64,000 nt of DNA, from positions 30,504,001-30,568,000 of the forward strand of contig OX597824.1 in the NCBI GenBank assembly GCA_951406725.2. Direction: 5' to 3'. The notes under the pieces are model-generated. The model saw only the letters and a list, made by a program, of their open reading frames with translations, had not been told where the DNA came from and searched no databases. Positions 37,502 to 50,265 of the stretch are shown in pieces. Source of the stretch: Octopus vulgaris. Its lineage: Eukaryota. Position numbers and translations under genes: made by a program. How positions within the stretch are numbered: the first letter of the stretch is position 1; the number at the start of each line of letters is the position of its first letter.

Positions 37502-39122
37502 TTTAGTGTTCAGACTAGCCAAAACCAGCTGAAAATAATTCCCCTTTATTTATTTGAACCAACCAAATCCAGCAGTATCTGATTCCTTTATGAAATCACT
37601 AGAAAAATAAACAAACCATGTTATTGAGTTCTCATAGATTTGAGATAATGCAAGATAAAGCCTTTCCTGTCTTTATTCAAGTAAAAATTACTGTGAAATT
37701 TTCGAGACTTCTTGGTTTTTTCAACATTTGAAGAGAAGTGTACATCTTAGTTTTTAACGATATGGCGTCAGCAAGTAGCAATTCTGACTTTGAAGGTTTT
37801 ACTCCTGATGATGTACAAAATATAAACGTAAACAACTGCGATTTGTCTTCAGACGAATCTGATATTGATATTTATGAATTTTTGTCAGACGAGGATGATT
37901 TTGATAATGAAAGTGATAAAAATTAAAGTGATGAAAATGATAGTGAAGACATTACGGCAACATGGTTGAAGATTACTAAATCAACAACAATTCCTAATTT
38001 CACAGGAAAGACTAGTCCACAACACAGTCTACCTCCTGATGCTCAACCATTGGACTATTTTTACCAAAACTTTTTTTTTTTTTTGAAACAGTTATGGAGG
38101 AAACAAATAAATATGCTCAATATATAATTTCTATTCACAGAAGACAAAATCCACTATGGCAGCCAACTGATACTTTGGAAATGCAAGCTTTTTTTACTAT
38201 AGTTTGGTATCAAGCAGCTTCCTCGTCTGTGGAACTACTAGAGTCTTGATATAAGGCATGGTGATCCATATATTTCCAGCATTATGTCTAACTATAATTA
38301 ATTCAAATATTGTTTATGTAAAAAGCCACAAGGTACTTCCACTACCAAAGGACTATGACCATTTGAAATTTCAGGTTGACATTGCAACTCAGTTACATGA
38401 GGGCTTTTCTTTCAGAAAGTACAGAACTGGGAGGAAAACAAAATTAACTGAGGTGAATGTCAACAGAAAATATTGACTTCCATGAAGTGGAAAAAATAAA
38501 CGGAAGTGAGAAATACATATTAATTTTCAGCATGTTACACACCTGTATTCACCTTTGTCTCACCTGTTAATGAGCTTTTATTAGATGTATTCTGTTATAT
38601 AAATGTATTCATTAAATTGTATAAGAGTACATAGCCAATGCTGTATTGACTAGTAAAAGAGTTTTGTACTTTATTTTCAATGAAAATGTTTGAATGAAAT
38701 ATAGAGAAAGAATAAAATTTTGTACTGATTACACCTATATTTTAATTAATTCAAATTAATGTACTTCATCTTGAAAAGTGGCAAAATTGTTAGCGGTTGA
38801 CATCTGGGATAAATTTAGTAACAAATCAAACAGATAAGTTGCATTAGGAATTTCAATTTTAGTGTTTATTCATAATGTTATTGCTTTTACACCTGTTAAT
38901 TAAATTTACCTGCCAATAAAAGTCAAATTTAATCAGAAAGATCAGCTAAAATTACATAACTAGAAACCACTGGTATATAAAGCACCTGCTGACAAAATTT
39001 CAAATCTGTATGTAAAAAATTAAAGTTATAAGCAAATATTGTGGATACCCCTCTTGAGCCTAAATAATTCAAAATAATGTGAACAAATAAGCATTTGACA
39101 GATTAATCTGAACACTAAAGGG
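37502..39122 (+). mobile_element. Internally deleted piggyBac transposon
   Basis: Right end TCTGAACACTAAAGGG|TTAA (TTAA 39123-39126), left remnant TTTAGTGTTCAGA. Acidic N-terminus MASASSNSDFEGF…, FTGK..P…PLDYF, ETNKYAQ, WQPTDTLEMQAF, LPRLWNY, then a jump to TIINS.IVY…HLKFQVDIATQL. The DDD core is missing. Confidence 0.85.
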
Positions 39123-41099
39123 TTAAATATATTTTACAAACAAAAACCTCAAATATTCATTTGACAAATTGCTATGAAATCATTATTGCTACTTCCTGTT
39201 ATTTGAAGGAAAGCAGCCAACTATTTACATTAAAAATAGATACATTTACACTTATGTTTCAAATGCTGCAGTTGACCATATTGTTGGCTACATAAAACAA
39301 TATGGTTCTCAAAAACTATTTCTTGTCACAACAATTTACTGGGCAAAATCTCTGAAATATTTTTTCACAAGTGCAACAAGTAAGAACTTCAGTAGATATT
39401 GTTATACATTAAGTATAACAATAACAAATAGAAATTTTTCTACAGTCACACTGCACTGGTGAAACTTGATCAGATAGAAACACAGTACGTACATACTGAA
39501 AAACTACATCCCTAAAAATTTTCTGGTTCAGTTCTCACACCCAAATGAACAATAAAGACACACTGCTTGCTAAACTCACTCTGTTTACTAACTTTGTTTC
39601 ATCTTCAGTCTCCAGCCACATTATAGATTACCTGAACTATAAAATTAAAAATATTAATAATTAAACAGCAGAATCAATTTCTGCAGATTCTAATTGCAGG
39701 TACAAAAACAGTAAGCAGGTGGAGGCAAGATCTTATGTTACAATTCTATATACCACTGCCAGACACTGTACATTTCTGGCTATAATTGATGTACATTTAA
39801 AGGGAAGTATTAAAAATTCAGGGTCCTATAACCATATATAATTACAACTCCTTGAGAAGTCTTCATTGAATTTGGAACAGGTAAATCTCTGAGTCTCTCA
39901 AAGCTGCTCCAAGAATTCCAGTGTGTGCCAGTGATCTTCCTTTGTTTTCAATGCCCTATCTGAAACTGCAGCAAAACTAGTGCCCAACTCACTGAACAAG
40001 TATACTGCTGAAATCATGAAGAAATTATCTTAAAAAAACAAAGATACATGACCTCTATCATGACTAATCTGTTTGTCCAGCAATGTGCAAAACTTGCCAC
40101 AATGGCAAAACGTTTAAACATTTTTCATCAGCATGTCAGTCAAAAAGAACCAAGATCAGCAACTACAATCCTTGCTATAAAAAGAATAAAAAAATGGATT
40201 TACTCCTAACTTCTAGGCAATATCTTCAAAGTGATCAGGCAACTTAACATAAACAGTTTCTTAATTATTTTTGTATTTCAAGCATCATTTTTTTTTCCTC
40301 ATGAAAATGATGCATTTACATATCAAAATTTTGACTAACATGCCTTCTTCTATAATTCTGGGACATGACTTTCTTAAATGATTGAACTATTAATTTTATC
40401 TCAAAGTCCTGTATCACAAATAACTGTCACTGCCATCAAGTCCTGAAACACATATAACTGCAATTCAACTAGAACTAAGCACTTTACTGTGGAAGAAATA
40501 AAATTTACTCTTACTTTAGAACTTCCTGTCAAAAGATTTCTTGTTTGCACCATATATATTCAACTTTTATATTTCATAGATTTGGCAGATGGAAACTGGT
40601 GTGTGTGTGTGTGCGTGCGTGCGTCTTCCCCCCCTCCCCCCACCGCCGGACAGTGTTGGTTTGTTTATGTCCCCATAACTTAGCAGTTCAGTGAAAGAGG
40701 CCAACAGAATAAGTACCAGGCTTTAAAAAATAAGTCTTGGGGTCAATTTGTTTAACTAATCTCCTTTAAGGTGATACCCCAGCATGGCCACAACATTGGC
40801 ACCTGTTAAACTGTCCAACCTATGCTAGCATGGAAGGTAGATGCTAAAAGATGATGATGAGGATACACATAATTGTCAGATCTTCCATTTCTTTTTAGAG
40901 CATATGAGCAGAAATTGACTGCACATCCTTCATACATGAATAAACACATTACTCTGTGTATGTGTGTACATATGCACACACACAATGAACATAAAAGGTT
41001 TTTTTGTAACAACATTGCCATTTCCCAATGATTCTTATCAAATTTTGCAGAAAGAGCCAGATGCAACTCTGAATAAGACCAAAACCAAAATAATCCTGA

Positions 41100-41720
41100 A
41101 TTCAAAGTCCCTGAGGTAAAACAGACAGAAGTCTAGAGAGGAGATGTAGAAAGATTGTTAGCTGTAACAAAGTGATAGTTGAGTCTGCATGTGCATGTTA
41201 GATACAGAAACATATGTTTGTGATGCTAAACTGTTTTTCTTTCACCTTCAGATTCTCTTCAATGCTACTTTCTCTGTGTATGTGGTAAAGTTAAAGTTGC
41301 TTACATATGAAGTGCAATGCTGCATGGTAGTGGGACATGGGCACTGAATGCAGAAGATATGAGAAGGATAGAGAGAAATGAAACAAGCATGTTTCACTAG
41401 GTGTATAAGGTAAGTGTGCACAAATGGCATGGTACATAGTAGCAGAGAGTTAAACTGAGTATAAGAGAAATTAGATGTAGTGTACAAGAGAGATGACCGT
41501 TTTTGCACATGGGCAACAGATAGGTAAAAAAAAAAAAGGTGGGGCCAGAAAATCCAAGTGAAAGGAATCTGTAGAAGAACACGAAAGATGACATGAACTA
41601 ATGAAAGCTATTCTCAATGTGAACCTCACTAAGAAAATAACAAAGGAATGTAACGGTGAGACTGTGTTGGTAAAAATCTGTTCAAGACATGCAAACATAG
41701 CAAAGTGGATTATAATACTG
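41100..41720 (+). mobile_element. Old RTE LINE 3' relic
   Basis: GTGCAATGCTGCATGGTAGTGGGACATGGGCACTGAATGCAGAAGAT (AMLHGSGTWALNAED). Confidence 0.75.
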
Positions 41721-42330
41721 ACAATAATGACGAATGAATAGGGAATGACAAGACAGTTACTATCTGTCAAGATGAAGCCAACAGAGTGTGTGTGTGTGTA
41801 TGCATATTTTTTCTGGTCATATGAGCAAACATTAAAAAAAAAAGAGTATTCTGTGCTTTATAATACTTAGTTTATTTGGCAGTGGATTAACACAAGATAT
41901 TCTTTCTACGAGATAAAATTTAAAATTCAATGATACTGAATTGCAAAGTCTTCATTCAGTATTTATTTTCTGTGTATTAACTCATAATATGAAGATTTAA
42001 ATAAGCTTTATTTTTCATATATAAGATAGGTGTTACTGATTTTTTTTAAGTATGTTTAGACTGTTATTGTGAAAAGAAAAACACTAAATTTTTTGACTAC
42101 TTGCCTGAAGTAATATGTTTTCATTAGAAACCTGTCTTAAAAATAATTTTCCTGTTTCATAAGCACATCAACAAAGTTTTAAATCATACTGGGTTGTATG
42201 GCTTGTGTGTGTGTGTGTGTGTGTGTGGAGGTAGGGGGTGGACTTTAACCACTAGGTCATTTCAGTGAGATAATGATTCTTACTCTTACTAATCCTTCTT
42301 ACTATACACACACACACACTGTATATATGA

Positions 42331-42455
42331 TTCACAAACCTTTCATGTTGAAAACACCAGTTCTTGTCTGATCACTGAAGTTAAGCAAAGTTGAGCCTGG
42401 TCAGTATTTAGATGACTGACCACTTGTGAAATCTAGGTAATTAGGTGATGTAAAT
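42331..42455 (+). pseudogene. 5S rRNA pseudogene
   Basis: CATGTTGAAAACACCAGTTCTTGTCTGATCACTGAAGTTAAGCAAAGTTGAGCCTGGTCAGTATTTAGATGACTGACCAC aligns to metazoan 5S rRNA, with most CpGs decayed and a short insertion near the 3' end. Confidence 0.85.
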
Positions 42456-42474
42456 GTCTTTTTCTTTGAGAAAC

Positions 42475-42840
42475 AGGTATAGTAAGAAATTTGCTTCCCA
42501 ACCACATGGTTCCAAGTTAAGTCCCACAGCAAAACACCTTGGGCAAGTGTCTTCTATTATAGTCCCAGGATGTTCAAAAACTTAAGTGGTTTCAGTAGAC
42601 AAAATCTGAAAGAAGCCTGTCATATATATATATATATACAAACATGTGTGTGTGTGTTTGGCCTCCATGACTGCTTGACAGCTGGTGCAGATTTGCTTAC
42701 ATCATTGTAATTCAGCAATTCAGCAGAAGAGACCAACGGAATAAGTACCAGGCCCTAAAAATAAGTACTAGGGTCAATTCATTCAACTAAAACCTTTGAA
42801 GGTGGAGCCCCAGCTTAGCCACAGTCCAATGTGTGAAGCA

Positions 42841-42876
<36 letters not shown>

Positions 42877-43420
42877 TTATAACTGGCACTAGCACTTGCA
42901 CTCTGCCAATTATGATGACAAGAGTTACTGTTGATCTGATCAATGGAACAGGCTGCTTGTGAAATTAACAGACATGTGGACTGTTAGCATAGTTCTTAGG
43001 GAAATTCGCATGACACAGAATGTGACAAGGCTGGGCCTTTGAAATACAGGTATTACTCATTTTTGAGTGGACTAGAGCACATGAAATAAAGTTTCTTGCT
43101 CAAGGACACAACACACCAGTGGGACTTGAACTCACCAACTTACAATCCAATCAACATAAGTCTGCTTGTGAAATGGAAGTGCAAGTGGCTGAGCACTTCA
43201 CACACACAAACTCCTAATATAGTTCTCAGGAAGATTCAGTGTGACATAAAATGTGACAAGGATGGCCCTTTGAAATACAGGTACTACTCATTTTTTTCCA
43301 GCTGAGTGAACTGGAAGAATATATAATATTGCTCAAAGACACAATACACCAGCAGAACTTGAACTCAGAACCTTATGATTGTGAGCTGAATACCCCAACC
43401 ACTAAGCCAACCACTTCAAA
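42475..43420. mobile_element. SINE family A (+, ~42475-42845) followed by two tandem family C-related SINEs (-, ~42885-43420)
   Basis: CACCTTGGGCAAGTGTCTTCTA body; duplicated TGTGACAAGG…CCTTTGAAATACAGGTA.TACTCATTTTT segments. Confidence 0.75.
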
Positions 43421-43784
43421 CATATTTTCCTCTTTGCTAGTTTTATAAGTGATGTACAGGTATACCCCACCCTAAGTTGTTAATTGGTTCCAGGAGACAC
43501 AACTTAAGTTAAAAAACGACTTATTCTTCCTTTTTAATGTTTTCGTTACGTTTTAAATATGAGAAATTTCTTTGTACATCATTCCCTGAAGACATTCTCA
43601 CTTGTAGTAATTAACTAAATTGATTTAGTTAAATTAAATTAAATTTGGTTGATTTTATGCTGCAAGTGATGAACTGAAACAATTGTAGGTCTGGTCTTGT
43701 CAATGTATTAATAAACCTTTATTAATTTCCATCTTCTCTCATGGTTTTTATATATATACATATATATATGTATGTATGTGTGTG

Positions 43785-43829
<45 letters not shown>

Positions 43830-43892
43830 TAATACATCTGTTTGTTTTGTACACCACCTGTCTTTGTCTTTTGTTGTTTTTTCATAAACTCT

Positions 43893-43931
<39 letters not shown>

Positions 43932-43949
43932 TATACATTATATACATAT

Positions 43950-44465
43950 ATCATCATTTAATGTCCACTTTCCATACTGGCAAGGGTTGGATGATTTGAC
44001 TGCGAACTGGCAAGCCAGGAGGCTGCACCAGGCACCAATCTGATCTGGCAAAGTTTCTACAGCTGGATGCCCTTCTTAATACGAACCACTTTGAGAGTGT
44101 AGTAGGTACTTTTTACATGCCACTGGCAAAGAGGCCAGTCAAGTGACACTGGTATCGACCACACTCGAATAGTGCCTTTTACGTGCCATGGGATCCAGTC
44201 AGGTGGCACTGGCATTGACCATGCTCAAATAGTGCTTTTACGTGCCACCAGTACAGGAACTGGTCAAGCAGGACTGGCATCAACCACACTCATATGGTGC
44301 TTTTTACATGTCACCAAAATGGGAGCCAGTCCAGTGGCACTGGCATTGACCACACTCAAATGGTGCTTTTTACATGCCATCAGCATGGGTGCCAGTCAGG
44401 CGGTACTGGCATCAGCCACAACAATGATTTCACTTGACTCGACAGGTTTTCTCAAATACAGCATA
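43950..44465 (-). mobile_element. RTE 3' end with five ~63-bp internal tandem units
   Basis: (CAT)n tail; units GTGCTTTT(T)AC(G/A)TGCCA…CCAGTC…ACTGGCAT.GACCAC.CTC.AAT from 44105 to 44420. Confidence 0.85.
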
Positions 44466-44574
44466 TTCTTTTCTACTCTAGGCACAAGGCCCAAAATATT
44501 GAGGGAGGGCACCAGTCAATAAGATCAACCCCAGTTTGCAACTGGTACTTAATTTATTGACTCCAAAAGGATGC

Positions 44575-44930
44575 ACTGGATGCAGGCCTATGAGTTGAAT
44601 CAGAGGCCATGTGGGAAGATGGAGGCATAATGTCGCCATCATTAGTGATCACTCGAAACACCATGATGTTGACTGGAAGTTTGATTTTTATCACTCTCAG
44701 TACATGTTTTGGGGACATGGCAAGTCAACAGTTGTTCCATGTGTTCACCATCTATTCATATTGGAGCTTCCAGTGCAAATGCCAAGCAGTAGAGCATATC
44801 ATTTCTGGCAGAGTGAACTGCATCATGGTGCTGTTTTTCTCACAGACGGTGCCCAACTGACCCTACTGTACTGTGTAGTCGACAAAATCAAAAACAAAGA
44901 ATGTGCATGTGCGAAATTAAAAATCTGAAA
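44575..44930 (-). mobile_element. mariner/maT-like (Tc1/mariner superfamily) deletion relic
   Basis: Minus peptide NTWNNC*LAMSPKHVLRVIKIKLPVNIMVFRVITNDGDIMPP..FPHGL*FNS, which matches the N.QN.RW…K.P..IMV.G.I..DG..MPP.IF..GL..N transposase motif. Confidence 0.7.
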
Positions 44931-46119
44931 TAGCAGCAATTTACTCACATACATACATATCATATACACATCATACATATATACATATATATTATATACA
45001 TATATATTATATACATATATACACATATACATATACAAAACATGTATACACTAGATGAGTACACTATATACTTCTTATAAAAACACACACACACATATAT
45101 ATATATACGTGTAGATTCTCCTTTATATTTCCTTTAATTCTTTTTTTATTTGAATTGTCTAATACAAGAGTGTGTGTGTGCACACGTGCGTGCGCAGGTG
45201 CACATATTTACATTTGTAAACAGACACTATTATTGTCTTCATTTTACCTGCATGTTCTATGTTGCCATGAGTTAGACAGTCTGACAGGATCTGATGGGTA
45301 CAAGGACCGCATTGCCCTGCAGTGTCTCTTTTAGCATGTCCAGCAAAACTGCCAGTCCTCTATAAAGTTCAGGTGAGGCTCATATTGGAATATTGTTCCC
45401 ACAGCTTAGATGGTTCTGCTACAACATGTACACGTACACACACATCCTAAAGTTTTCTTCATTCAGTACCTTACACTTCTACATACAACAAGTGTACATG
45501 AGTGAACCTACCATCCCTCTATATGCCAATCATAATCTCTTGCATTCAAACTTAATATATTTCTCAACAGTTCATATTTTATTACATTAATATCAGTCAT
45601 AATCCAAATCTGCACGCTAGTAACAAATATGTTAAAATCTAAGAAAGAACAACATTCTACAAGACAGTATAGCATAAAATGCACACAAAGCATTAACCCT
45701 GTAAACAAGTTATTTTACTACATAATGCATCCCAGGAATGTATTCATTATAATAACACTTGGCTAAAATTTCTTTCACACACTTAGTTTAATTCTCAAAT
45801 TCATTCTATGTAATCAGATATCATTCCAAAGACTTATTTCTTTTAAAAACGTGGTCACCAAGATAATTTGTATATTCAGATTATTCATTTCTTATTTATT
45901 CATTGTTTTTATTTTTGATATTTAATTGTCAGATATTCAAATTAATCATAGAAGGAATATATTTGAACTGGATACAGAGCAATTTGACATTATTCTTACC
46001 AGAGGCCAGAAAAATAATCAATATATGCACAAGAGTTGGTTCAAATATTCTTAGCATGTGAAAACTCAGTCTAGTCATTAGTCACCAGCAGAAAGTGGGT
46101 CATAACATGAAAATAAATA

Positions 46120-46657
46120 AATATATGTATGTGTGTGTGTGTAACACGTGTGTATATGTTTGCATACATATGAAGGTGTGTATCTGATGAACATTACACA
46201 CACATGAATCCCCATATATATACATACACACACACAATGTATATATATATATACACACACACACATACATACATACAATATATACACGCACACATACATA
46301 CATACACACAATATATATACACACATACATACATACACACAATATATATACACACATACATACAATATACACACACATACACATGCATACATATATATAT
46401 ATATATATACACAGATGCATACAATATATATATACACACGCACACAATATCTATACACACACACATGCATACAATATCTATACACACACACTTGCATACA
46501 ATATCTATACACACAAACATATACATACATACAATATCTATACACACACACACACACATACATACATACAATATCTATACACACACACATACATACAATA
46601 TCTATATCTATACACACACATACATACACACAATAAATATATATATATATACATACA

Positions 46658-46690
<33 letters not shown>

Positions 46691-46710
46691 TATATATATA
46701 TATATATATA
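46120..46710. repeat. Compound AT/AC microsatellite with a higher-order ~25-30-bp unit
   Basis: Recurrent CAATAT(C/A)TATACACACACACATACATA units; source of six spurious ORFs. Confidence 0.9.
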
Positions 46711-47185
46711 ATTTTAATCCAAACGGGAAACAAAAAAACAACAACAAGGGAACAATTACAGTATTATTATTAATAGGCGCTCAGGAAATGGAAGCAGGGA
46801 GTATTGACGTTTCGAGCGGAGCTCTTCGTCGGAAACATAAAGAAGGAAGAGAGAGGAAAGAAAGATCCCGGAGCGGGCAACGGAGATAGAGAAAAAAACG
46901 GCTGGTGTTAGCAGTGGCACATGGTGAAAGGCGGAAGTTTACGATAACAAGAGCAAAGTGGGTTTTTAAAGGCAAAAGAGTGGAGACAAGGTTGGTAACG
47001 CAACAGATGTGTGTGTATGTGTGAGTGTGTGCGTGTGCGTGTGTGTATGTGTGTGTGTGAGGCGAGGTAAAAAAACAAAAAATATATGTATGTGTTAGTG
47101 TGTGCGTCTGTGTGTAGGCGTGTGAGGTAGGGCGAGACGGTGGTCAGCATAGCAGCAGCATAGCAGACAAAGGTCAGTAGTGAGA
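46711..47185 (-). mobile_element. CpG-rich interspersed insert, likely a Penelope-like 3' terminal repeat, embedded in (TA)n
   Basis: Many intact CpGs against a CpG-depleted background; flanked by (TA)n on both sides; carries a hammerhead motif ~95 nt from its end. Confidence 0.6.
46801..46838 (-). ncRNA. Minimal type I hammerhead ribozyme motif (U4C variant)
   Basis: Minus strand ATGTTT-CCGACGA-A-GAGC-TCC-GCTC-GAAA-C-GTC-AATAC; palindromic stem III ACGT and an intact GUC cleavage triplet. Confidence 0.65.
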
Positions 47186-48064
47186 ATATATATATATATA
47201 ACAATGCATATCATCTTACATAGGATAGATAGATAGATAGACAGACAGAAAGATAGACATTACATATATGTAAAATAGGTATACATATATTTAGGGTATA
47301 TATACGTGTATAAACAGCACATAAAATCTATTACACATACATGGAAGTACATATTCCCACATACATACAAATATATACAAACACATATACATATGGCACA
47401 TATAAATATCTGTCAAACTGCTAAGTTGCAAGAGAAATAAAGATATAAACATACAGGTTTACATACACACAAACAAGCTTTTGTAGTTACTGCTTAGCAA
47501 TTTCACTCACATGAAATTGATGAGCCCAAGGCTATAGTAGAAAAAAATTTCCCAAGATGCCATGCAGTGAGACTGAACTTAAAACCATGTAGTTATAAAA
47601 ACAAAGAGAACTGAATTGAGGACATTATCCAAAATATACAGAGCATATAATTATAAATACAAATACACATGAATTAATGTTCAAATGAATAAAATTTCTC
47701 AGACCTGTGTTTGATGCATGATGTAGAAAATAGTGAGAAGTACAGATCCTTCATTTTTCAGTAAACTTGTTAAATGGCAGATTTTATTTTTGTGTTGTGG
47801 GTGAGATTTTCAGTGGACAATGAGGATCTACATTGTATGGCATTCCTCTACATGTTTCATGGCTTTCAGGTCCAAGAAACACAATTCACTTATGGATTCA
47901 CATGTGCATTGTTTGAATTCATAATTTATAATAAACTCTCCATATCTGCGATAAAGTCATGCATTAAGCACGGTATTCTTATAGTATAAAAATATATTAA
48001 GTATTAAAAATATGAATATGTACATCATAGCTACTTCATTGAAGCTGAGAATTCTGTATTTATA

Positions 48065-48975
48065 AACATTAAACCCATTTTCCATACTGGTATGGGTTGA
48101 ATGGTTTGACAAGTGGTGGCATGCTGGAGAGCTGCACCATGTACCAATTATCTGTTTTGGCATGGTTTCTATGGCTGGATGCCCTTCCTAATACCAATCA
48201 CTTTACAAAGTATACTGGATGCTTTTTACATGGCATCAGCACAAGAATCTCCTACTTTAGCCCCAGGTTGACCAATGCATTATGAGTGAATTTGGTAGAC
48301 AGAAACTGAAAGGAGCCTGTTTTGTGTGTGTATGTGTTTTCTGTGTCTGTGTTTGTTCCCCCTACTACTACCACTTGTCAACTAGTGTTGATTTGTATAC
48401 ATCCTTATAACTTAGTGGTTAGTCAAAAGAGATAAGTACCAGACTAAAAAAATAAGTCCTGGCAGTCAATTCATTTGATAAAAAAAAACCCTACAAGACA
48501 GTGCCCCAACATGGCCACAATCCAATGACTGAAACAAGGATAAAATTCCAAACATGGTAGCAGAGCCTAGAATTGAGAGCTAAAGAACAACTTAGCAAAA
48601 ACAAGCATTTGTTAACAAGAAAGAGTTACGGTACCATACTGACATCTGGAAAATGGCCATGCTTAACAAAGTGTAGAAACTCTACACTGTACCCAATGGA
48701 AATTATCAGTGTATAAAAGATGCAGTTGAAGATCAAACACACTGGGAGAGATCATTATCATCATTAAATGTCCGTTTTCCATGCTGGCATGGTTGGATGG
48801 TCCAACAAGAGCCAATAGTCAAGGATTGCATCAAGTTCCTATGTTTGCTTTAGCATAGTTTCTATGGTTGGATGCCCTTCCTAATGCCAACCACTTTACA
48901 AAGTGCACCAAAGTGTTTTTTTTTTTTTCATGTGGCACCAACACTAATAAGTCATCAATTAACTCACAAGACAAG
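48065..48975. mobile_element. RTE tails (-, ~48065-48245 and ~48750-48975) flanking a SINE A 3' part (+, ~48255-48540)
   Basis: Same diagnostic motifs as the other copies (GGATGCCCTTCCTAAT.CCAA; TTTGGTAGACAGAAACTGAAAG). Confidence 0.75.
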
Positions 48976-49862
48976 ACTCTTCAAACAAGGGGATGAGGTG
49001 TGAATTGCAGGAGATGGTTTCATGTCAGGTGATGAAAGGTTACACGACAATCGAGTGACGGAAAATGATGTCTTCTTGTAGAGGAGATACATGGCTGTCT
49101 CAGTTTGGAAAGGGAGAGAAGATGGTGAAGAGGTGTCAGAATATATACTTCAGATGAAGAACTATAAAAGTAACAGATGTTCAGGAGTACTTAGTAGTAA
49201 TAGAATGCAACTTTTTGACTGATGACAAGATTTGCTATTGTCCAGCTTGTACAGAATGGTGACCAGAAATAGATAACATCTGACAAAATTAGTTTTGAGG
49301 GTGAGTACTGAAAATGAATAGTAACCAAAGTTAGAAAGGCATGAAGCGTGGGGAAAAAGTTCAGAGAGCCATTACCTACAGAGGCAAGAGATTTCTCTCT
49401 TTAATTTACAATAATTCATGGATGCATATGGAAGACAACTAATGAGTGAAAAGTCTCAAACAATCAATGAGGAAGATGCCTGCAACAGAAGAAGACTGAG
49501 AAAGATGTAAGAAGTGATGAAGTTTATCTTAGGATACTTGAACCTCATGATGAAGATAACTGATTGCAACATGAAGCAACACACTGTGCAGGATAGAAAA
49601 ACATGTAAAAATGTATGTGAGTGTTTTGTGTATTATAAAAGATGTACACACATGCATGTTTAGTCTCTCTTTGTGGAAAGAAAACTAGATTAGCTAACTT
49701 CCCCAGAAATTATCCTTTCTAATTTTAGCACAATACCAGCAATTTTGAGGAGAGGGGGAAATCAATTATATAATCCCAGTGCTCAACCAGTACTCACTAA
49801 TTAAACCCCAAAAAAGGAAAGGCAAATTTGATCTCTGTGGGATTTGAACTAAGAACACAAAG

Positions 49863-50265
49863 AGGAGTGGCTGTGTGGTAAGTAGCTTGCTAACCAACCA
49901 CATGGTTCCGGGTTCAGTCCCACTGCGTGGCATCTTGGGCAAGTGTCTTCTGCTATAGCCCCGGGCCAACCAATGCCTTGTGAGTGGATTTGGTAGACGG
50001 AAATTGAAAGAAGCCTGTCGTATATATGTACATATATATATGTGTGTGTGTATATGTTTGTGTGTCTGTGTTTGTCCCCCTAGCATTGCTTGACAACCGA
50101 TGCTGGTGTGTTTACGTCCCCGTTACTCAGCGGTTCGGCAAAAGAGACCGATAGAATAAGTACTGGGCTTACAAAGAATAAGTCCCGGGTCGATTTGCTC
50201 GACTAAAGGCGGTGCTCCAGCATGGCCGCAGTCAAATGACTGAAACAAGTAAATGAGTAAATGAG
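49863..50265 (+). mobile_element. Young SINE family A nested inside an older minus-strand family-B SINE
   Basis: A-box TGGCTGTGTGG, B-box GGTTCAGTCCC; near-identical to 55292-55700. The host SINE continues on both sides (…GAACTAAGAACACAAAG | AGCTAGAAGAAATGC…). Confidence 0.9.

Noticed and set aside
44105-44420. Repeat-spacer-like array resembling CRISPR
   Set aside because: The 'spacers' are homologous to each other, the array lies inside an RTE 3' UTR, the context is eukaryotic and there are no cas genes.
46078-46889. Long overlapping ORFs (up to 202 aa) rich in C/V/Y/I/H/T
   Set aside because: Translations of a compound AT/AC microsatellite that lacks stop codons; not genes.
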